DNA of 64,000 bases, taken from assembly GCA_963752385.1 (NCBI GenBank), contig CAVVYL010000010.1, positions 41,285 through 105,284 on the forward strand. The letters run 5' to 3'. The DNA comes from an uncultured Acidimicrobiia bacterium (lineage in GTDB: Bacteria; Acidobacteriota; Terriglobia; Versatilivoradales; Versatilivoraceae). The position numbers and the translations under genes were made by a program. Position 1 is the first letter of the stretch. Each line of letters opens with the position of its first letter. The notes beneath the pieces were generated by a model, which had not been told where the DNA came from, did not search any database, and was given only the letters and a program-made list of their open reading frames with translations. Below, piece by piece: positions 18,968 through 34,441 of the stretch.

Positions 18968-21900
18968 CTAGCTGGTTGTTACTTCATCCCGGTCGAGTTC
19001 TTCGCTGTATTCGGCAGTTTCGGCAAACGCTTCCTCGCCAACTTCCTGCGCCGGCGGTGGCTCATCGGATTGCAGCCTCACGTTGCGGTAATGATCCATT
19101 CCAGTGCCGGCAGGGATGAGGCGTCCCATGATCACGTTCTCCTTCAATCCCCGCAGGTAGTCGATTTTTCCGCTGATGGAGGCCTCCGTCAAGACACGCG
19201 TGGTTTCCTGGAATGAAGCCGCCGAAATGAACGAATCGGTCGACAGCGATGCCTTGGTGATGCCGAGTAGCAACGGCCGTCCTTCAGCCGGTTTGCCATC
19301 TTCAGCGAGCGCGCGGTCGTTCTCTTCCTGGAAGCGGAACTTGTCCACCTGCTCTTCCAGCAGGAACTCGGTATCGCCGACTTCTTCGATCTTTACCCAC
19401 CGCATCATTTGGCGCACGATCACTTCGATGTGCTTGTCGTTGATGTTGACACCCTGCAGTCGGTAGACTTCCTGGATTTCGTTCACCAGATAAGCCTGCA
19501 ATTCCTTCTCGCCCAGCACGGCGAGGATGTCGTGCGGATTGAGCGGGCCGTCCATCAGCGGCTCGCCCGCCTTCACGGTTTCTCCTTCCTGAACATTAAC
19601 GTGCACGCCGCGAGGCAACGAGTACTCGCGCTCCAGGTTGTCGTTAGTCACGAGAATCTTCCGGGTCCCCTTCGCGATGTCACCGTACTTGACGACGCCA
19701 TCGATTTCCGTGATGACCGCAGTCTCGCGCGGCTTGCGGGCCTCGAAGAGCTCCACGACGCGCGGCAGACCTCCGGTGATGTCCTTGGTCTTGGTAGTTT
19801 CACGGGGGATCTTGGCCAAGATGTCGCCCGGATTCAGCTCGTCGCCATCCGACACCATAAGGTGGGCACGTTCGGGCATCAGGTATTTCTTAACGGTCTT
19901 GTGCTTGTCTGAACTTTTGATGACGATCTGCGGCTGACGTTTCTCATCCTGAGATTGGGTCACCACCCAGCGGGACAAACTGGTGACCTCGTCGACTTCT
20001 TCGGTCATGGTGACACCTTCCACCAGATCTTTGAACTGAATCGTGCCACCGACTTCGGTCAGGATGGCATAGGTGTACGGGTCCCATTCGACCAAGCTGT
20101 CGCCTTCCTTGACTTCGTCCCCTTCCTTGAACTTGATCTTGGCTCCATAAACCACTGAGTACTTCTCTTTCTCGCGCCCCTTTTCATCGACGACGGCAAT
20201 CAAACCATTGCGGTTCATCACGACCAGATCGCCTTGCTTGTTCTGAACCGTGGTGAGGTTGATGAACTTCAGGGCACCGGCGTTCTTGGCGTCCAGTGTC
20301 GACTGCTCGGATACCCGGCTGGCGGTCCCCCCAATATGGAACGTGCGCATGGTGAGCTGCGTGCCCGGCTCGCCAATGGACTGGGCCGCGATGACGCCAA
20401 CAGCTTCACCCAGCTCGACCATGGTTCCGGTGCCCAGGTTGCGCCCGTAACACCTCACACAGACGCCACGGCGCGACTCGCACGTGAGCACTGAACGGAT
20501 CTTCACTCGCTCAACGCCGGCAGCTTGAATCTCGCTGGCCAGGTTTTCCGTAATTTCCTCGTTGACACCCACAATGGCATTGCCTTCGTAGTCCTTGATT
20601 TCGTCCAGCGAAACACGGCCTACGATGCGGTCTCGAAGCGGCTCGATGATTTCACCACTTTCCACGATGGGACCGACGTAGATGCCATTCAGCGTGCCAC
20701 AGTCCTCTTCAGAAATGATCACGTCCTGGGCGACGTCCACTAGACGTCGCGTGAGGTAGCCGGAGTCCGCTGTCTTCAGCGCGGTATCGGCGAGACCCTT
20801 GCGTGCTCCATGCGTCGAGATGAAGTATTGCAACACGGTTAGCCCTTCGCGGAAATTGGCCTTGATAGGCGTTTCAATGATTTCCCCGGACGGTTTGGCC
20901 ATCAGTCCGCGCATTCCGGCGAGTTGGCGAATCTGCTGTTTGGACCCGCGGGCGCCCGAGTCGGCCATGATGTAGATGGGATTGAACTCCACGCCCTCCC
21001 GGTTCTGCTTCTCGATGCCACGAATCATTTCATCGGCGACCTTCTCGGTGACGTTCGACCAGATCTCGATCACCTTGTTGTAGCGCTCTCCTTTCGTGAT
21101 GGCACCTTCCTGATATTGCGACTCCACTTTCAGCACTTCACGCTCCGCCACCTCGACCAGCTTGCCTTTTTCGGATGGAATCAGCAGATCTTCGATACCA
21201 ATGGAGATTCCGGCGCGAGTCGCATAGTGGAAGCCCAATGCCTTCACCTCGTCCAGCATTCTCACGGTCTTCTCCAACCCCAGCTTCAGGTAACAGTACT
21301 GCACGAGCTGCCCCAATCCCTTCTTCTTCAGCAGGCCATTGATGAACGGCATCTCCTCGGGCAGGTGATCATTGAGAATCACGCGTCCAACAGTCGTCTT
21401 CAGGAAGTCTTTCTCGAAACGGATCACTTCGGTGTGCAGGACGCTCTGGTCGTCGTAGGCAGTCGTGAGATCGATGACATCGCCCGTGTAACGATAGCGA
21501 ATCGGCGTCAGCGTCTCCAGTTCGCCAGCTTCCATCGCCAGCAACACTTCCTCTGTGCTACCAAAGGCGCGACCTTCGCCCTTCGTGCCAGGCTTCGACA
21601 TCGTCAGGTAGTAGCACCCTAACACTATGTCCTGAGTGGGGACCGCGATCGGCATGCCGTTCGAGGGAGAAAGGATGTTGTTCGACGAAAGCATGAGCAC
21701 CGAGGCTTCTATCTGCGCTTCGGGCGACAGGGGAATATGCACCGCCATTTGGTCGCCGTCAAAATCGGCGTTAAAGGCCGTGCACACCAATGGATGGATC
21801 TGAATCGCTTTGCCTTCCACGAGTGTCGGCTCGAAGGCCTGAATGCCAAGGCGATGCAGCGTAGGAGCGCGGTTGAGCAGCACTGGATGCTCGCGAATGA

Positions 21901-23140
21901 CTTCTTCGAGGATGTCCCACACGATGGGGTCTTGCTGCTCTACCATCTCCTTGGCGGCTTTGATGGTCGTGCAGTGCCCCGCCTGCTCGAGCCGGTTGTA
22001 GATGAATGGCTTGAAAAGCTCGAGGGCCATCCGCTTGGGAAGGCCGCACTGGTGCAGCTTCAGTTCAGGACCGACTACGATCACCGACCGGCCTGAATAG
22101 TCCACACGTTTTCCCAAGAGGTTCTGGCGGAATCGGCCCTGCTTTCCTTTGAGCGTGTCTGAGAGCGACTTGAGCGGCCGATTGTTGGCTCCGCGCAATA
22201 CTCGGCCGCGGCGCCCATTGTCGAACAACGCGTCGACGGCTTCCTGCAGCATTCGCTTTTCATTGCGAACGATGACATCGGGCGCATGCAGTTCGATGAG
22301 CTTCTTGAGACGATTGTTGCGATTGATGACCCGGCGATACAGATCGTTGAGGTCAGACGTGGCGAACCGGCCGCCATCGAGGGGAACGAGAGGACGCAAC
22401 TCCGGCGGAATGACGGGTATCACGTCGAGGATCATCCACTCGGGTTTGTTGCCCGACTTGCGAAATGCCTCCACCACTTTCAGCCGCTTGGAATACTTCA
22501 GCTTCTTTTGCTGCGAGGTCTCGGTCTTCATCTTGTGGCGCAGTTCGATGGAGAGCTCCTCGATGTCGATTTGTTTCAGCAGTTGCTTGATCGCCTCGGC
22601 ACCCATCATCGCCGTGAACTTGCCGGCATGCTCCTCCATGAGCTGCCGATACTTCTCTTCTGTCAGCACTTCCTTTTCTTTGACTGGCGCGTCACCTACA
22701 TCGATTACGACGTAAGCTTCGAAATAGAGAATTCGCTCCAGCTCGCGCAGGCTGATGTCGAGCAAGTGGCCGATGCGGCTTGGAAGTCCCTTAAAAAACC
22801 AGACGTGCGAGCAGGGACTGGCTAGCTCGATGTGGCCCAAGCGCTCACGGCGTACTTTGGACAGAGTGACTTCGACGCCGCACTTGTCGCAGATGACGCC
22901 GCGATGCTTCATCCGCTTGTATTTGCCACACAGGCACTCCCAGTCGGTAACCGGACCGAAAATCTTGGCACAGAATAAACCGTCACGCTCCGGCTTGAAG
23001 GTGCGATAGTTAATGGTCTCAGGCTTCGTGACCTCGCCTTTGGACCAGGAACGAATCTTTTCGGGAGAGGCCAGGCTGATCTTGATGCTGTCAAAATCAG
23101 CGATGACATTGGCTCGATCGTAGGGATTTTGTCGAAACAA
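18968..23140 (-). CDS. rpoC: DNA-directed RNA polymerase subunit beta'
   Basis: The ORF track gives 18968..23170. I prefer the TTG at 23140 ([33 protein letters not shown]), which follows AAGGAGG by 5 nt. It has the Zn motif [23 protein letters not shown] and the catalytic NADFDGDQM. An SI3-like insertion sits in the trigger loop. Confidence 0.97.
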   Translation of the reverse strand: MFRQNPYDRANVIADFDSIKISLASPEKIRSWSKGEVTKPETINYRTFKPERDGLFCAKIFGPVTDWECLCGKYKRMKHRGVICDKCGVEVTLSKVRRERLGHIELASPCSHVWFFKGLPSRIGHLLDISLRELERILYFEAYVVIDVGDAPVKEKEVLTEEKYRQLMEEHAGKFTAMMGAEAIKQLLKQIDIEELSIELRHKMKTETSQQKKLKYSKRLKVVEAFRKSGNKPEWMILDVIPVIPPELRPLVPLDGGRFATSDLNDLYRRVINRNNRLKKLIELHAPDVIVRNEKRMLQEAVDALFDNGRRGRVLRGANNRPLKSLSDTLKGKQGRFRQNLLGKRVDYSGRSVIVVGPELKLHQCGLPKRMALELFKPFIYNRLEQAGHCTTIKAAKEMVEQQDPIVWDILEEVIREHPVLLNRAPTLHRLGIQAFEPTLVEGKAIQIHPLVCTAFNADFDGDQMAVHIPLSPEAQIEASVLMLSSNNILSPSNGMPIAVPTQDIVLGCYYLTMSKPGTKGEGRAFGSTEEVLLAMEAGELETLTPIRYRYTGDVIDLTTAYDDQSVLHTEVIRFEKDFLKTTVGRVILNDHLPEEMPFINGLLKKKGLGQLVQYCYLKLGLEKTVRMLDEVKALGFHYATRAGISIGIEDLLIPSEKGKLVEVAEREVLKVESQYQEGAITKGERYNKVIEIWSNVTEKVADEMIRGIEKQNREGVEFNPIYIMADSGARGSKQQIRQLAGMRGLMAKPSGEIIETPIKANFREGLTVLQYFISTHGARKGLADTALKTADSGYLTRRLVDVAQDVIISEEDCGTLNGIYVGPIVESGEIIEPLRDRIVGRVSLDEIKDYEGNAIVGVNEEITENLASEIQAAGVERVKIRSVLTCESRRGVCVRCYGRNLGTGTMVELGEAVGVIAAQSIGEPGTQLTMRTFHIGGTASRVSEQSTLDAKNAGALKFINLTTVQNKQGDLVVMNRNGLIAVVDEKGREKEKYSVVYGAKIKFKEGDEVKEGDSLVEWDPYTYAILTEVGGTIQFKDLVEGVTMTEEVDEVTSLSRWVVTQSQDEKRQPQIVIKSSDKHKTVKKYLMPERAHLMVSDGDELNPGDILAKIPRETTKTKDITGGLPRVVELFEARKPRETAVITEIDGVVKYGDIAKGTRKILVTNDNLEREYSLPRGVHVNVQEGETVKAGEPLMDGPLNPHDILAVLGEKELQAYLVNEIQEVYRLQGVNINDKHIEVIVRQMMRWVKIEEVGDTEFLLEEQVDKFRFQEENDRALAEDGKPAEGRPLLLGITKASLSTDSFISAASFQETTRVLTEASISGKIDYLRGLKENVIMGRLIPAGTGMDHYRNVRLQSDEPPPAQEVGEEAFAETAEYSEELDRDEVTTS

Positions 23141-23241
23141 AGTAAACCTCCTTGGGAGGAAAGAAATCAACTTCTTCGGTTCATCGCGGCCAGCCCTTAG
23201 CGGCTAGCCACTTTCTCGATTTAGGGGCAACGAGGATTGAA

Positions 23242-23290
23242 GATCGAGAATGGAGGATAGCCTTCAGGCCTATCCTCCATCTTCTCGATC
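23242..23290 (-). promoter_or_regulatory. extended imperfect hairpin in the rpoB-rpoC spacer
   Basis: gatcgaga (23242-23249) pairs with tctcgatc (23283-23290). atggaggatag (23250-23260) pairs with ctatcctccat (23270-23280). An inner cc/gg pair closes a ttca loop. In total about 21 bp with two small bulges, beginning 11 nt after the rpoB stop. No U-tract follows. Confidence 0.45.
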
Positions 23291-23300
23291 CTCGTCCCTG

Positions 23301-27566
<4,266 letters not shown>

Positions 27567-27654
27567 CTTTTTGACTCCTTAAAGAACCGGCAACATCGCC
27601 AAGTTCTTCGATAACTTCAGAATTTTGGGTGAATAGACTTCGGATTTGGCCGCT

Positions 27655-27692
27655 TGCGGGAAAAAGGAAAGGGGGAAGCACACTTTCCCCTT
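27655..27692 (-). terminator. intrinsic terminator/attenuator between rplL and rpoB
   Basis: Minus-strand RNA reads AAGGGGAAAG-UGUG-CUUCCCCCUU, with 9 of 10 bp paired and a tetraloop. It is followed by UCCUUUUUCC. The position matches the known partial terminator between rplL and rpoB in E. coli. Confidence 0.55.
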
Positions 27693-27751
27693 AAGAGACT
27701 GAGATCGAGATTGAAGTTTGAAGTTCGAATTTCCGGCCAATCGGAACCTGA

Positions 27752-28141
27752 TTACTTGAGTTCGACAACCGCTCCTGCGTCAGCGAACTTCTTCTTAATG
27801 GCTTCCGCTTCGTCCTTGCTGACCCCTTCCTTCAGTGTCTTCGGGGCACCGTCCACCAGGTCCTTGGCTTCTTTCAATCCCAAGCTGGTGACTTCGCGGA
27901 CCACTTTAATAGTATTGATCTTGTTGGAGCCCACATTGGTCAGAACAACGGTGAACTCGGTCTTCTCTTCGGCGGGAGTCGCCCCTCCACCACCCGCTCC
28001 CGCCGCAGAAGCCACAACGACAGGCGCCGCAGCGGCAGCAGATACACCAAACGCTTCTTCCAGTCCCTTCACCAGTTGAGCCGCGTCGAGCAGACTCAAC
28101 TCTTTGATCTCGTCCAGGATCTTTTGAACCTTGTCAGACAT
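27752..28141 (-). CDS. rplL: 50S ribosomal protein L7/L12
   Basis: 129-aa ORF with an N-terminal dimerisation helix, an Ala/Gly hinge ([19 protein letters not shown]) and a C-terminal domain ([27 protein letters not shown]). Confidence 0.97.
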   Translation of the reverse strand: MSDKVQKILDEIKELSLLDAAQLVKGLEEAFGVSAAAAAPVVVASAAGAGGGGATPAEEKTEFTVVLTNVGSNKINTIKVVREVTSLGLKEAKDLVDGAPKTLKEGVSKDEAEAIKKKFADAGAVVELK

Positions 28142-28298
28142 TCAAGTCCTCCTCACTTATGTGAATTAGAATTCCAAAGAAATCGTCCTCTTCCAGTGTT
28201 GCGATCCGAGTTCCTCACAGCGATGGGGTGGTGAAAGTTTGAAATGAGGACTCTTCCCACCACTCCATCATCCCACGCTCCCATATTGCGTTCGATCG

Positions 28299-28823
28299 CT
28301 ATTCCTTGAACTTCTTCTGCTCGCTTGCTTGGTTGAGAACCACCGCCAGATTTCGTGGTACTGCCGACATGGCACTGGCCAAACGTTGCGCCTGTGCCTT
28401 CACCAGAAACATGAGCTTGGAAATCAATTCTTCCTTCGAGGGGAGATCAGCAATCTGGTCCAGGTCAGCTAGGTTGATGACTCGCCCCTCTATAATTCCG
28501 GCCTTGAAGACGAAGAGCGGATTGTTTTTTGCGTAGGTCGTCAGCGCCTTTACAAGCGCGACAGGATCCTTTTCGTTGTAAACGACCGCGTTAGCTCCCG
28601 CGAAAATGTCTTTCAACAGTTCAACAACAGTGTCCTTGCAGGCGCGTTGGGCTAGCGTGTTCTTGACGACTTTGTATTTTGAGCCGCTGGCCCTCACGCT
28701 GCGCCGTAACTCGCTGTCCTGACTCACTGTCAGGCCTTGAAACCCGGCTACAAACAGGTTCTTGGCTGCCTTGAATTCCGCGCTAAGCGCTTCAATTTCC
28801 TTGTTTTTTTCGTCTCGGTTCAT
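28299..28823 (-). CDS. rplJ: 50S ribosomal protein L10
   Basis: 174-aa ORF with a typical L10 sequence, located between rplA and rplL. Confidence 0.95.
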   Translation of the reverse strand: MNRDEKNKEIEALSAEFKAAKNLFVAGFQGLTVSQDSELRRSVRASGSKYKVVKNTLAQRACKDTVVELLKDIFAGANAVVYNEKDPVALVKALTTYAKNNPLFVFKAGIIEGRVINLADLDQIADLPSKEELISKLMFLVKAQAQRLASAMSAVPRNLAVVLNQASEQKKFKE

Positions 28824-28968
28824 CAGTCATTCCTCTTGAGATCCCCCTTGCTGGTGCGGGTGCGAGGGCCGCCCGGGGCTCAATCGAAGTCATGGATTGG
28901 TCCGACCTTGAGGCATCCCCCTCGCGATGGCGGCCACCATGCCTCTTCAAATTCAAAGGGGAATTGGT
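28824..28968 (-). promoter_or_regulatory. structured GC-rich rplJ 5' leader (candidate L10-leader autoregulatory RNA)
   Basis: 145-nt spacer between rplA and rplJ. It contains nested complementarity, e.g. GAGGCAU...AUGCCUC on the minus-strand RNA. The assignment rests on position and known L10(L12)4 autoregulation, not on a covariance-model match. Confidence 0.35.
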
Positions 28969-29661
28969 CTACCGGTCGAACGTGACCGCATCCACCTGGA
29001 CTCCAGGACCCATGGTGGAACTGACATAGATGCTGCGAACGTACTTTCCTTTTGCTGCTGCGGGCTTGGCTTTGACAACGGAGTCAATTAGTGTCCGGGC
29101 ATTGTCGATAAGCTTCTCTGCGCTAAAGGAAGCCTTTCCAACAGGTGTGTGAATGATTGCGGTCTTATCGACCCGAAATTCCACTTTACCTGCCTTGATT
29201 TCCTGAACTGCTTTGCCGAGGTCGAACGTCACCGTACCAGTCTTTGGATTTGGCATCAGCCCCTTCGGCCCCAAAATCTTTCCCAGCTTTCCTACCGACT
29301 TCATCACGTCGGGAGTGGCAATCAGCGCATCGAAGTCCAGCCACCCTTCCTGAATCTTGCCGACCAGTTCTTCACCGCCGACCTGGTCTGCACCAGCGGC
29401 TTCGGCTTCTTTGATTTTCTCGCCGGAGGCAATCACACAAACTCTCTTGCTCTTGCCGAGTCCGTGCGGAAGAACAACCGTGCCTCTGACCATCTGATCG
29501 GCGTGTTTGGGATCGACACCCAATCGCATGGCAAGTTCCACGGTTTCGTCGAACTTGGCAGTGGCCATCTGCTTGACAAGCGGGAGGGCCTCCTCGAGCT
29601 TATAAGCCTTGTTTTCAATCAGACTCTTCGCCTTTCTGAATCGTTTGCCAACGCGACCCAT
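28969..29661 (-). CDS. rplA: 50S ribosomal protein L1
   Basis: 230-aa ORF with a typical L1 sequence ([34 protein letters not shown]). Confidence 0.96.
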   Translation of the reverse strand: MGRVGKRFRKAKSLIENKAYKLEEALPLVKQMATAKFDETVELAMRLGVDPKHADQMVRGTVVLPHGLGKSKRVCVIASGEKIKEAEAAGADQVGGEELVGKIQEGWLDFDALIATPDVMKSVGKLGKILGPKGLMPNPKTGTVTFDLGKAVQEIKAGKVEFRVDKTAIIHTPVGKASFSAEKLIDNARTLIDSVVKAKPAAAKGKYVRSIYVSSTMGPGVQVDAVTFDR

Positions 29662-29670
29662 CTTTGCTCC

Positions 29671-30102
29671 TTAGCTCGCAATTTCGATACCCATACTTCG
29701 GGCAGTGCCTTTGACAATCTTGATGGCTGCCGTCAGATCATGAGCGCTTAAGTCGGCCAGCTTCAACTTAGCGATATCTTCAACCTGCTTCTCCGTTACT
29801 TTCCCCACCTTATTCTTATTGGGCTCACCCGAGCCTTTGGCAATGCCACAGGCTCGCTTCAGCAAGACCGAAGCCGGGGGGGTCTTTGTCACAAACGAAT
29901 ACGAACGATCGGCATAGACCGTGAGGACCACCGGAATGATCAGCCCCTCCTGATCCTTGCCAGAAGTCTTGGCATTAAAGGCCTTACAAAAATCCATAAT
30001 GTTGACGCCGTGTTGCCCTAGAGCTGGACCAACGGGAGGCGCCGGCGTGGCCTTCCCTGCGGGAATTTGCAGCTTGATGTAACCGGTTATTTTCTTTGCC
30101 AT
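29671..30102 (-). CDS. rplK: 50S ribosomal protein L11
   Basis: 143-aa ORF: [44 protein letters not shown], the canonical L11 N-terminus. Confidence 0.96.
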   Translation of the reverse strand: MAKKITGYIKLQIPAGKATPAPPVGPALGQHGVNIMDFCKAFNAKTSGKDQEGLIIPVVLTVYADRSYSFVTKTPPASVLLKRACGIAKGSGEPNKNKVGKVTEKQVEDIAKLKLADLSAHDLTAAIKIVKGTARSMGIEIAS

Positions 30103-30232
30103 TTGGAATTTCCACTCTCGTTTGGCTCACAACATGAGCGATGCGACGTCGCGTCCGCGGAACCTGTGAAAAAGGTCAGAGCGCCATTTGCCCTGGAGGT
30201 CGCATTATCGACTGTAGTCGCGTCGGCCATCT

Positions 30233-30763
30233 CTACATCTTCTCCACTTGCAAGTAGTCCAATTCCACGGGAGTCTGTCGCCCGAAGATGGTCACCATTA
30301 CCTTGAGTGTGTTTCGATCCTCGTTCAACTCATCCACCGTCCCCGTGAAGGTGTTAAAGGGACCATCGATGATCTTGACGGATTCCCCCTTCTCAAAGGT
30401 TAACTCGACCTTGGGTTTTTCCGCCGTCGCTTCAGCGTGGTAAATGATCTGATCGACCTCCTGCTGACTCAAAGGAGAAGGCTTCTGACCAGATCCGACA
30501 AATCCCGTGACGCGCGGGGTATTTTTCACAATGTGCCAAGCCCGGTCCGTCATATCCATCTCGACCAGCACATAGCCTGGGAATGTCATCTTAGAACTCG
30601 TAACCCGCTTGCCCCCCTTCATCTCAACAACGTCTTCAGTGGGCACGATGATTTCTCCGAACTCTTCCTCCACTCCAAATGCTTGAATCCGGCTTCGGAG
30701 ACTTTCGGCAACCTTTCTCTCAAATCCAGAGTAAGTATGGACGATGTACCACTGCTTTGGCAT
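30233..30763 (-). CDS. nusG: transcription termination/antitermination factor NusG
   Basis: The ORF track starts at 30802. I start at [18 protein letters not shown] (ATG at 30763). NGN domain plus a C-terminal KOW ([21 protein letters not shown]). Confidence 0.95.
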   Translation of the reverse strand: MPKQWYIVHTYSGFERKVAESLRSRIQAFGVEEEFGEIIVPTEDVVEMKGGKRVTSSKMTFPGYVLVEMDMTDRAWHIVKNTPRVTGFVGSGQKPSPLSQQEVDQIIYHAEATAEKPKVELTFEKGESVKIIDGPFNTFTGTVDELNEDRNTLKVMVTIFGRQTPVELDYLQVEKM

Positions 30764-30820
30764 TACTGTTTCCCTGAATAGTTCCATTTTGAGCCTTCGC
30801 AAGTCTTGCCGAAGACCCGC

Positions 30821-31063
30821 TTACCTAAAGAGTCGAAAAATTTGGTCCACACCCAGGCGCAAGATCAGGTCAACTAGCCCTAAATAGACTCCGAAAAAAA
30901 ACACTGCACAGATCACGACCACCGTAGTTCCGTAAACTTCCTTCCGTCCTGGCCAGGAAACCTTCTTCAGCTCGGCTCGCACCTCGGCAAAGAACTGCTG
31001 AAGCTGTCGCAACTTCAATTTTTCGTACAACGATGTGCGTCCAACGAGGGTTTCGGCTGACAT
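30821..31063 (-). CDS. secE: preprotein translocase subunit SecE
   Basis: The track ORF 30821..31138 extends into tRNA-Trp. I trimmed it to the ATG at 31063 (MSAETLVGRTS...). It has one C-terminal TM, preceded by AEVRAELKKVSWPGRKEV, the typical SecE KV.WP motif. It sits in the conserved tRNA-Trp-secE-nusG position. Confidence 0.85.
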   Translation of the reverse strand: MSAETLVGRTSLYEKLKLRQLQQFFAEVRAELKKVSWPGRKEVYGTTVVVICAVFFFGVYLGLVDLILRLGVDQIFRLFR

Positions 31064-31077
31064 AAACGTATGGTAAT

Positions 31078-31154
31078 TGGCAGGCCAGGAGGGACTCGAA
31101 CCCCCAACATCCGGTTTTGGAGACCGGCGCTCTACCAATTCGAGCTACTGGCCT
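31078..31154 (-). tRNA. tRNA-Trp (anticodon CCA), 3'-CCA encoded
   Basis: The hand-folded reverse complement is AGGCCAG-TA-GCTC..GAGC-..CCGGT-CTCCAAA-ACCGG..GGGGG-TTCGAGT-CCCTC-CTGGCCT-G-CCA. This is a cloverleaf with anticodon loop CU-CCA-AA. Confidence 0.93.
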
Positions 31155-31272
31155 GCAGAGGTAATGAAATGTGCGCTTTCCCGAAAACTGGACTGCTCCT
31201 CCGTTACAAAGTGGGACTCGTTTTTCATCCGTTCCGGCGCCGCCATGGACTGCACGAACGGCTCATGGTTGC

Positions 31273-31422
31273 TTACTTGGTTTCCCGATGCACTGTGTGA
31301 TGTCTGCAGGTAGGGCAGAACTTCTTAAACTCCAGCCTGGCCGTGGTCTTCTTCTTGTTCTTGGTGGTGGAATAGTTGCGATTCTTGCATTCGTTGCACT
31401 GTAAGGTAATGATATCTCGCAT
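31273..31422 (-). CDS. rpmG: 50S ribosomal protein L33
   Basis: Absent from the ORF track because it is under 60 aa. Hand translation gives [49 protein letters not shown]. This is the Cys4 zinc-ribbon form of L33 (CxxC...CxxC), in the conserved tuf-rpmG-secE position. Confidence 0.9.
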   Translation of the reverse strand: MRDIITLQCNECKNRNYSTTKNKKKTTARLEFKKFCPTCRHHTVHRETK

Positions 31423-31578
31423 TTTCGTTCAGCTCAACTGCAAAAGCGCAGTCTCAAGGTGCGCCGCCATCCAACGGCTGAAACAAAGTAAGGGAAGGTT
31501 ATGGAAGCCGAGCTCATCATTACTCTACGTTTCCTATACGCCGTCCCTCATGTTTCCTGTCTGACGCCACCCGCAGGT

Positions 31579-32766
<1,188 letters not shown>

Positions 32767-32878
32767 CGCTCTCTCCTTGCTTGCCTAGCCCTGCCCTCTG
32801 CTGAGTATTCAACGTTTTGATTGCACTGCAAGTGAACACACCACGTGCGGGACTTCCCGTGTGAGGTCAAAGAGAAAA

Positions 32879-32955
32879 TGGAGCCCACGACCAGGATTGA
32901 ACTGGTGACCTCGTCCTTACCAAGGACGCGCTCGTACCAACTGAGCTACGTGGGC
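32879..32955 (-). tRNA. tRNA-Thr (anticodon GGU), 3'-CCA encoded
   Basis: The reverse complement is GCCCACG-TA-GCTCAGTTGGTACGAGC-G-CGTCC-TTGGTAA-GGACG-AGGTC-ACCAG-TTCAATC-CTGGT-CGTGGGC-T-CCA. Confidence 0.93.
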
Positions 32956-32961
32956 TCACTT

Positions 32962-33036
32962 TGGAGCGGGAGACGGGGATCGAACCCGCGACCAACAGCT
33001 TGGAAGGCTGTGACTCTACCACTGAGTTACTCCCGC
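32962..33036 (-). tRNA. tRNA-Gly (anticodon UCC), 3'-CCA encoded
   Basis: The reverse complement is GCGGGAG-TA-ACTCAGTGGTAGAGT-C-ACAGC-CTTCCAA-GCTGT-TGGTC-GCGGG-TTCGATC-CCCGT-CTCCCGC-T-CCA. Confidence 0.93.
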
Positions 33037-33136
33037 CCATTAGAGCAGATTTGAAAGGGATCCGCTTGCCGCCGGAAATCCTGTGGACAGGATCCGGTCC
33101 GGCAACGCGTCTCCAGCACCCTGGAATCTCAATAGC

Positions 33137-33225
33137 TGGTGGAGAGAGGAGGATTCGAACCTCCGTAGCTCGCAAGGAGCGGCAGATTTACAGTCTGCTG
33201 CCATTAACCACTCGGCCATCTCTCC
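33137..33225 (-). tRNA. tRNA-Tyr (anticodon GUA), long variable arm, 3'-CCA encoded
   Basis: The reverse complement is GGAGAGA-TG-GCCGAGTGGTTAATGGC-A-GCAGA-CTGTAAA-TCTGC-(variable arm CGCTCCTTGCGAGCTAC)-GGAGG-TTCGAAT-CCTCC-TCTCTCC-A-CCA. Confidence 0.9.
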
Positions 33226-33443
33226 TATGCCCCCGAGAGCTGTCAAAATCTCCTCATTTCTCCCTCACCTGCCGTTGACCAAGCTTCCGCTCAAGCGCAA
33301 ACGGGGGACATCCGCCCCAGTGGTCGTTCCCGCGCCCAGCAGGAGAAGATCGTTGGTGTGGGAATACCAGATGGTCCTGTCGATCGGATTTCTCACAGCT
33401 TCCGTTCAACGGGAAGCATGAACTCTTGGCAAAATAGCGTCTT

Positions 33444-33519
33444 TGGAGCTGGCGAAGGGACTTGAACCCCCGACCCGCTGATTACAAATCAGCTGCTCTA
33501 CCAACTGAGCTACGCCAGC
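33444..33519 (-). tRNA. tRNA-Thr (anticodon UGU), 3'-CCA encoded
   Basis: The reverse complement is GCTGGCG-TA-GCTCAGTTGGTAGAGC-A-GCTGA-TTTGTAA-TCAGC-GGGTC-GGGGG-TTCAAGT-CCCTT-CGCCAGC-T-CCA. Confidence 0.93.
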
Positions 33520-33536
33520 CCGTTGGCAAAACTAGA

Positions 33537-33565
33537 AATGTAACAGAAAGGGCCCAAATCCGCAA
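33537..33565 (-). promoter_or_regulatory. candidate sigma70-type promoter for the tRNA-tuf operon
   Basis: The minus strand reads TTGCGG (33565-33560), a 17-nt spacer, then TACATT (33542-33537). This ends about 18 nt upstream of the tRNA-Thr(UGU) 5' end. Pattern match only. Confidence 0.3.
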
Positions 33566-33635
33566 CAGAGAATTCTTGATCTTTAGTCCTTGGATACCTT
33601 TTTGAGGGTCGATGGAAACCCTCGCACCCAAGCAC

Positions 33636-34379
33636 TTATTTTTCCTCCCCTTTGGCGCCCTTCCGTTGCCTCAGCACTTCAAAAAGGACGATACCCGCCG
33701 AGACAGAAACGTTTAGCGAATGGATGGCGCCGGGGGTGGGAATAGAAACCAGAAAGTCGCAAGTCTCCCGAACCAGTCTGCGAAGGCCCGAATTCTCATT
33801 GCCAAAGACTAGGCCCAAAGGAGTGTCATAGTTCAGGTCGTGGTAGGTTCTGGCTTGGCTAGTTTCAACCCCAACAATCCACAGACCAGTCGCCTTCATC
33901 TGTTTCAGCGCGCTGACGACGTTCGTTACTTTGGCTATTTTCAAGTGGTCAAGCGCCCCTGCGGCCGTCTTGGCCACCGTGGCCGACAACCCAGCGGCGT
34001 GATCCTTGGGAATAACCACCGCCTCAACCCTGGCTGCAGCACAGGTCCGCAAGATTGCACCAAGATTGCGTGGGTCCTCTATGGAATCCAGTACTGCGAT
34101 CAGCGGAAGAGGACCGAGACTTCCCAGGACATCCTCCAGGGCAACCGAGGCCCGGACAGCGCAAACAGCCAGGACTCCCTGGTGTGTACCCCATTCACTT
34201 TTGTGATCGAGGGACGAGCGAGGTTCAAACTTAACGGAAATGCCTAGGCGGCGAGCTAGGTCGATGATCTCCTGAACGTTGCGGCTCAATGTGCCCTGGG
34301 CGACGACAATCCGCTCAATCGCTCTCGACTTGGCCTTCAAGCATTCAAGGACCGGATGAATTCCAAAGATGACATCCAT
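33636..34379 (-). CDS. rlmB: SpoU/TrmH-family RNA 2'-O-methyltransferase (RlmB-like, 23S rRNA Gm2251)
   Basis: The track ORF starts at a TTG (34400). I prefer the ATG at 34379 (MDVIFGIHPVLECLK, compare E. coli RlmB MIYGIHAV). The C-terminal SPOUT motifs are LVFGNENSGL and IPTPGAIHSLNVSVSAGI. Confidence 0.85.
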   Translation of the reverse strand: MDVIFGIHPVLECLKAKSRAIERIVVAQGTLSRNVQEIIDLARRLGISVKFEPRSSLDHKSEWGTHQGVLAVCAVRASVALEDVLGSLGPLPLIAVLDSIEDPRNLGAILRTCAAARVEAVVIPKDHAAGLSATVAKTAAGALDHLKIAKVTNVVSALKQMKATGLWIVGVETSQARTYHDLNYDTPLGLVFGNENSGLRRLVRETCDFLVSIPTPGAIHSLNVSVSAGIVLFEVLRQRKGAKGEEK

Positions 34380-34441
34380 GACCGATGGGTAAACGTACAA
34401 AACCGCGGGTTGGCACGAACGAACTCGGCTCGGGCGTCAGA

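Noticed and set aside
31064-31138. N-terminal 25-aa extension of the secE ORF (MVERRSPKPDVGGSSPSWPANYHTF)
   Set aside because: The extension is the reverse-strand reading of tRNA-Trp. I trimmed secE to the ATG at 31063.
32845-33421. ORFs of 68-112 aa on both strands spanning the tRNA cluster
   Set aside because: They overlap four well-folding tRNA genes and have no coding features.
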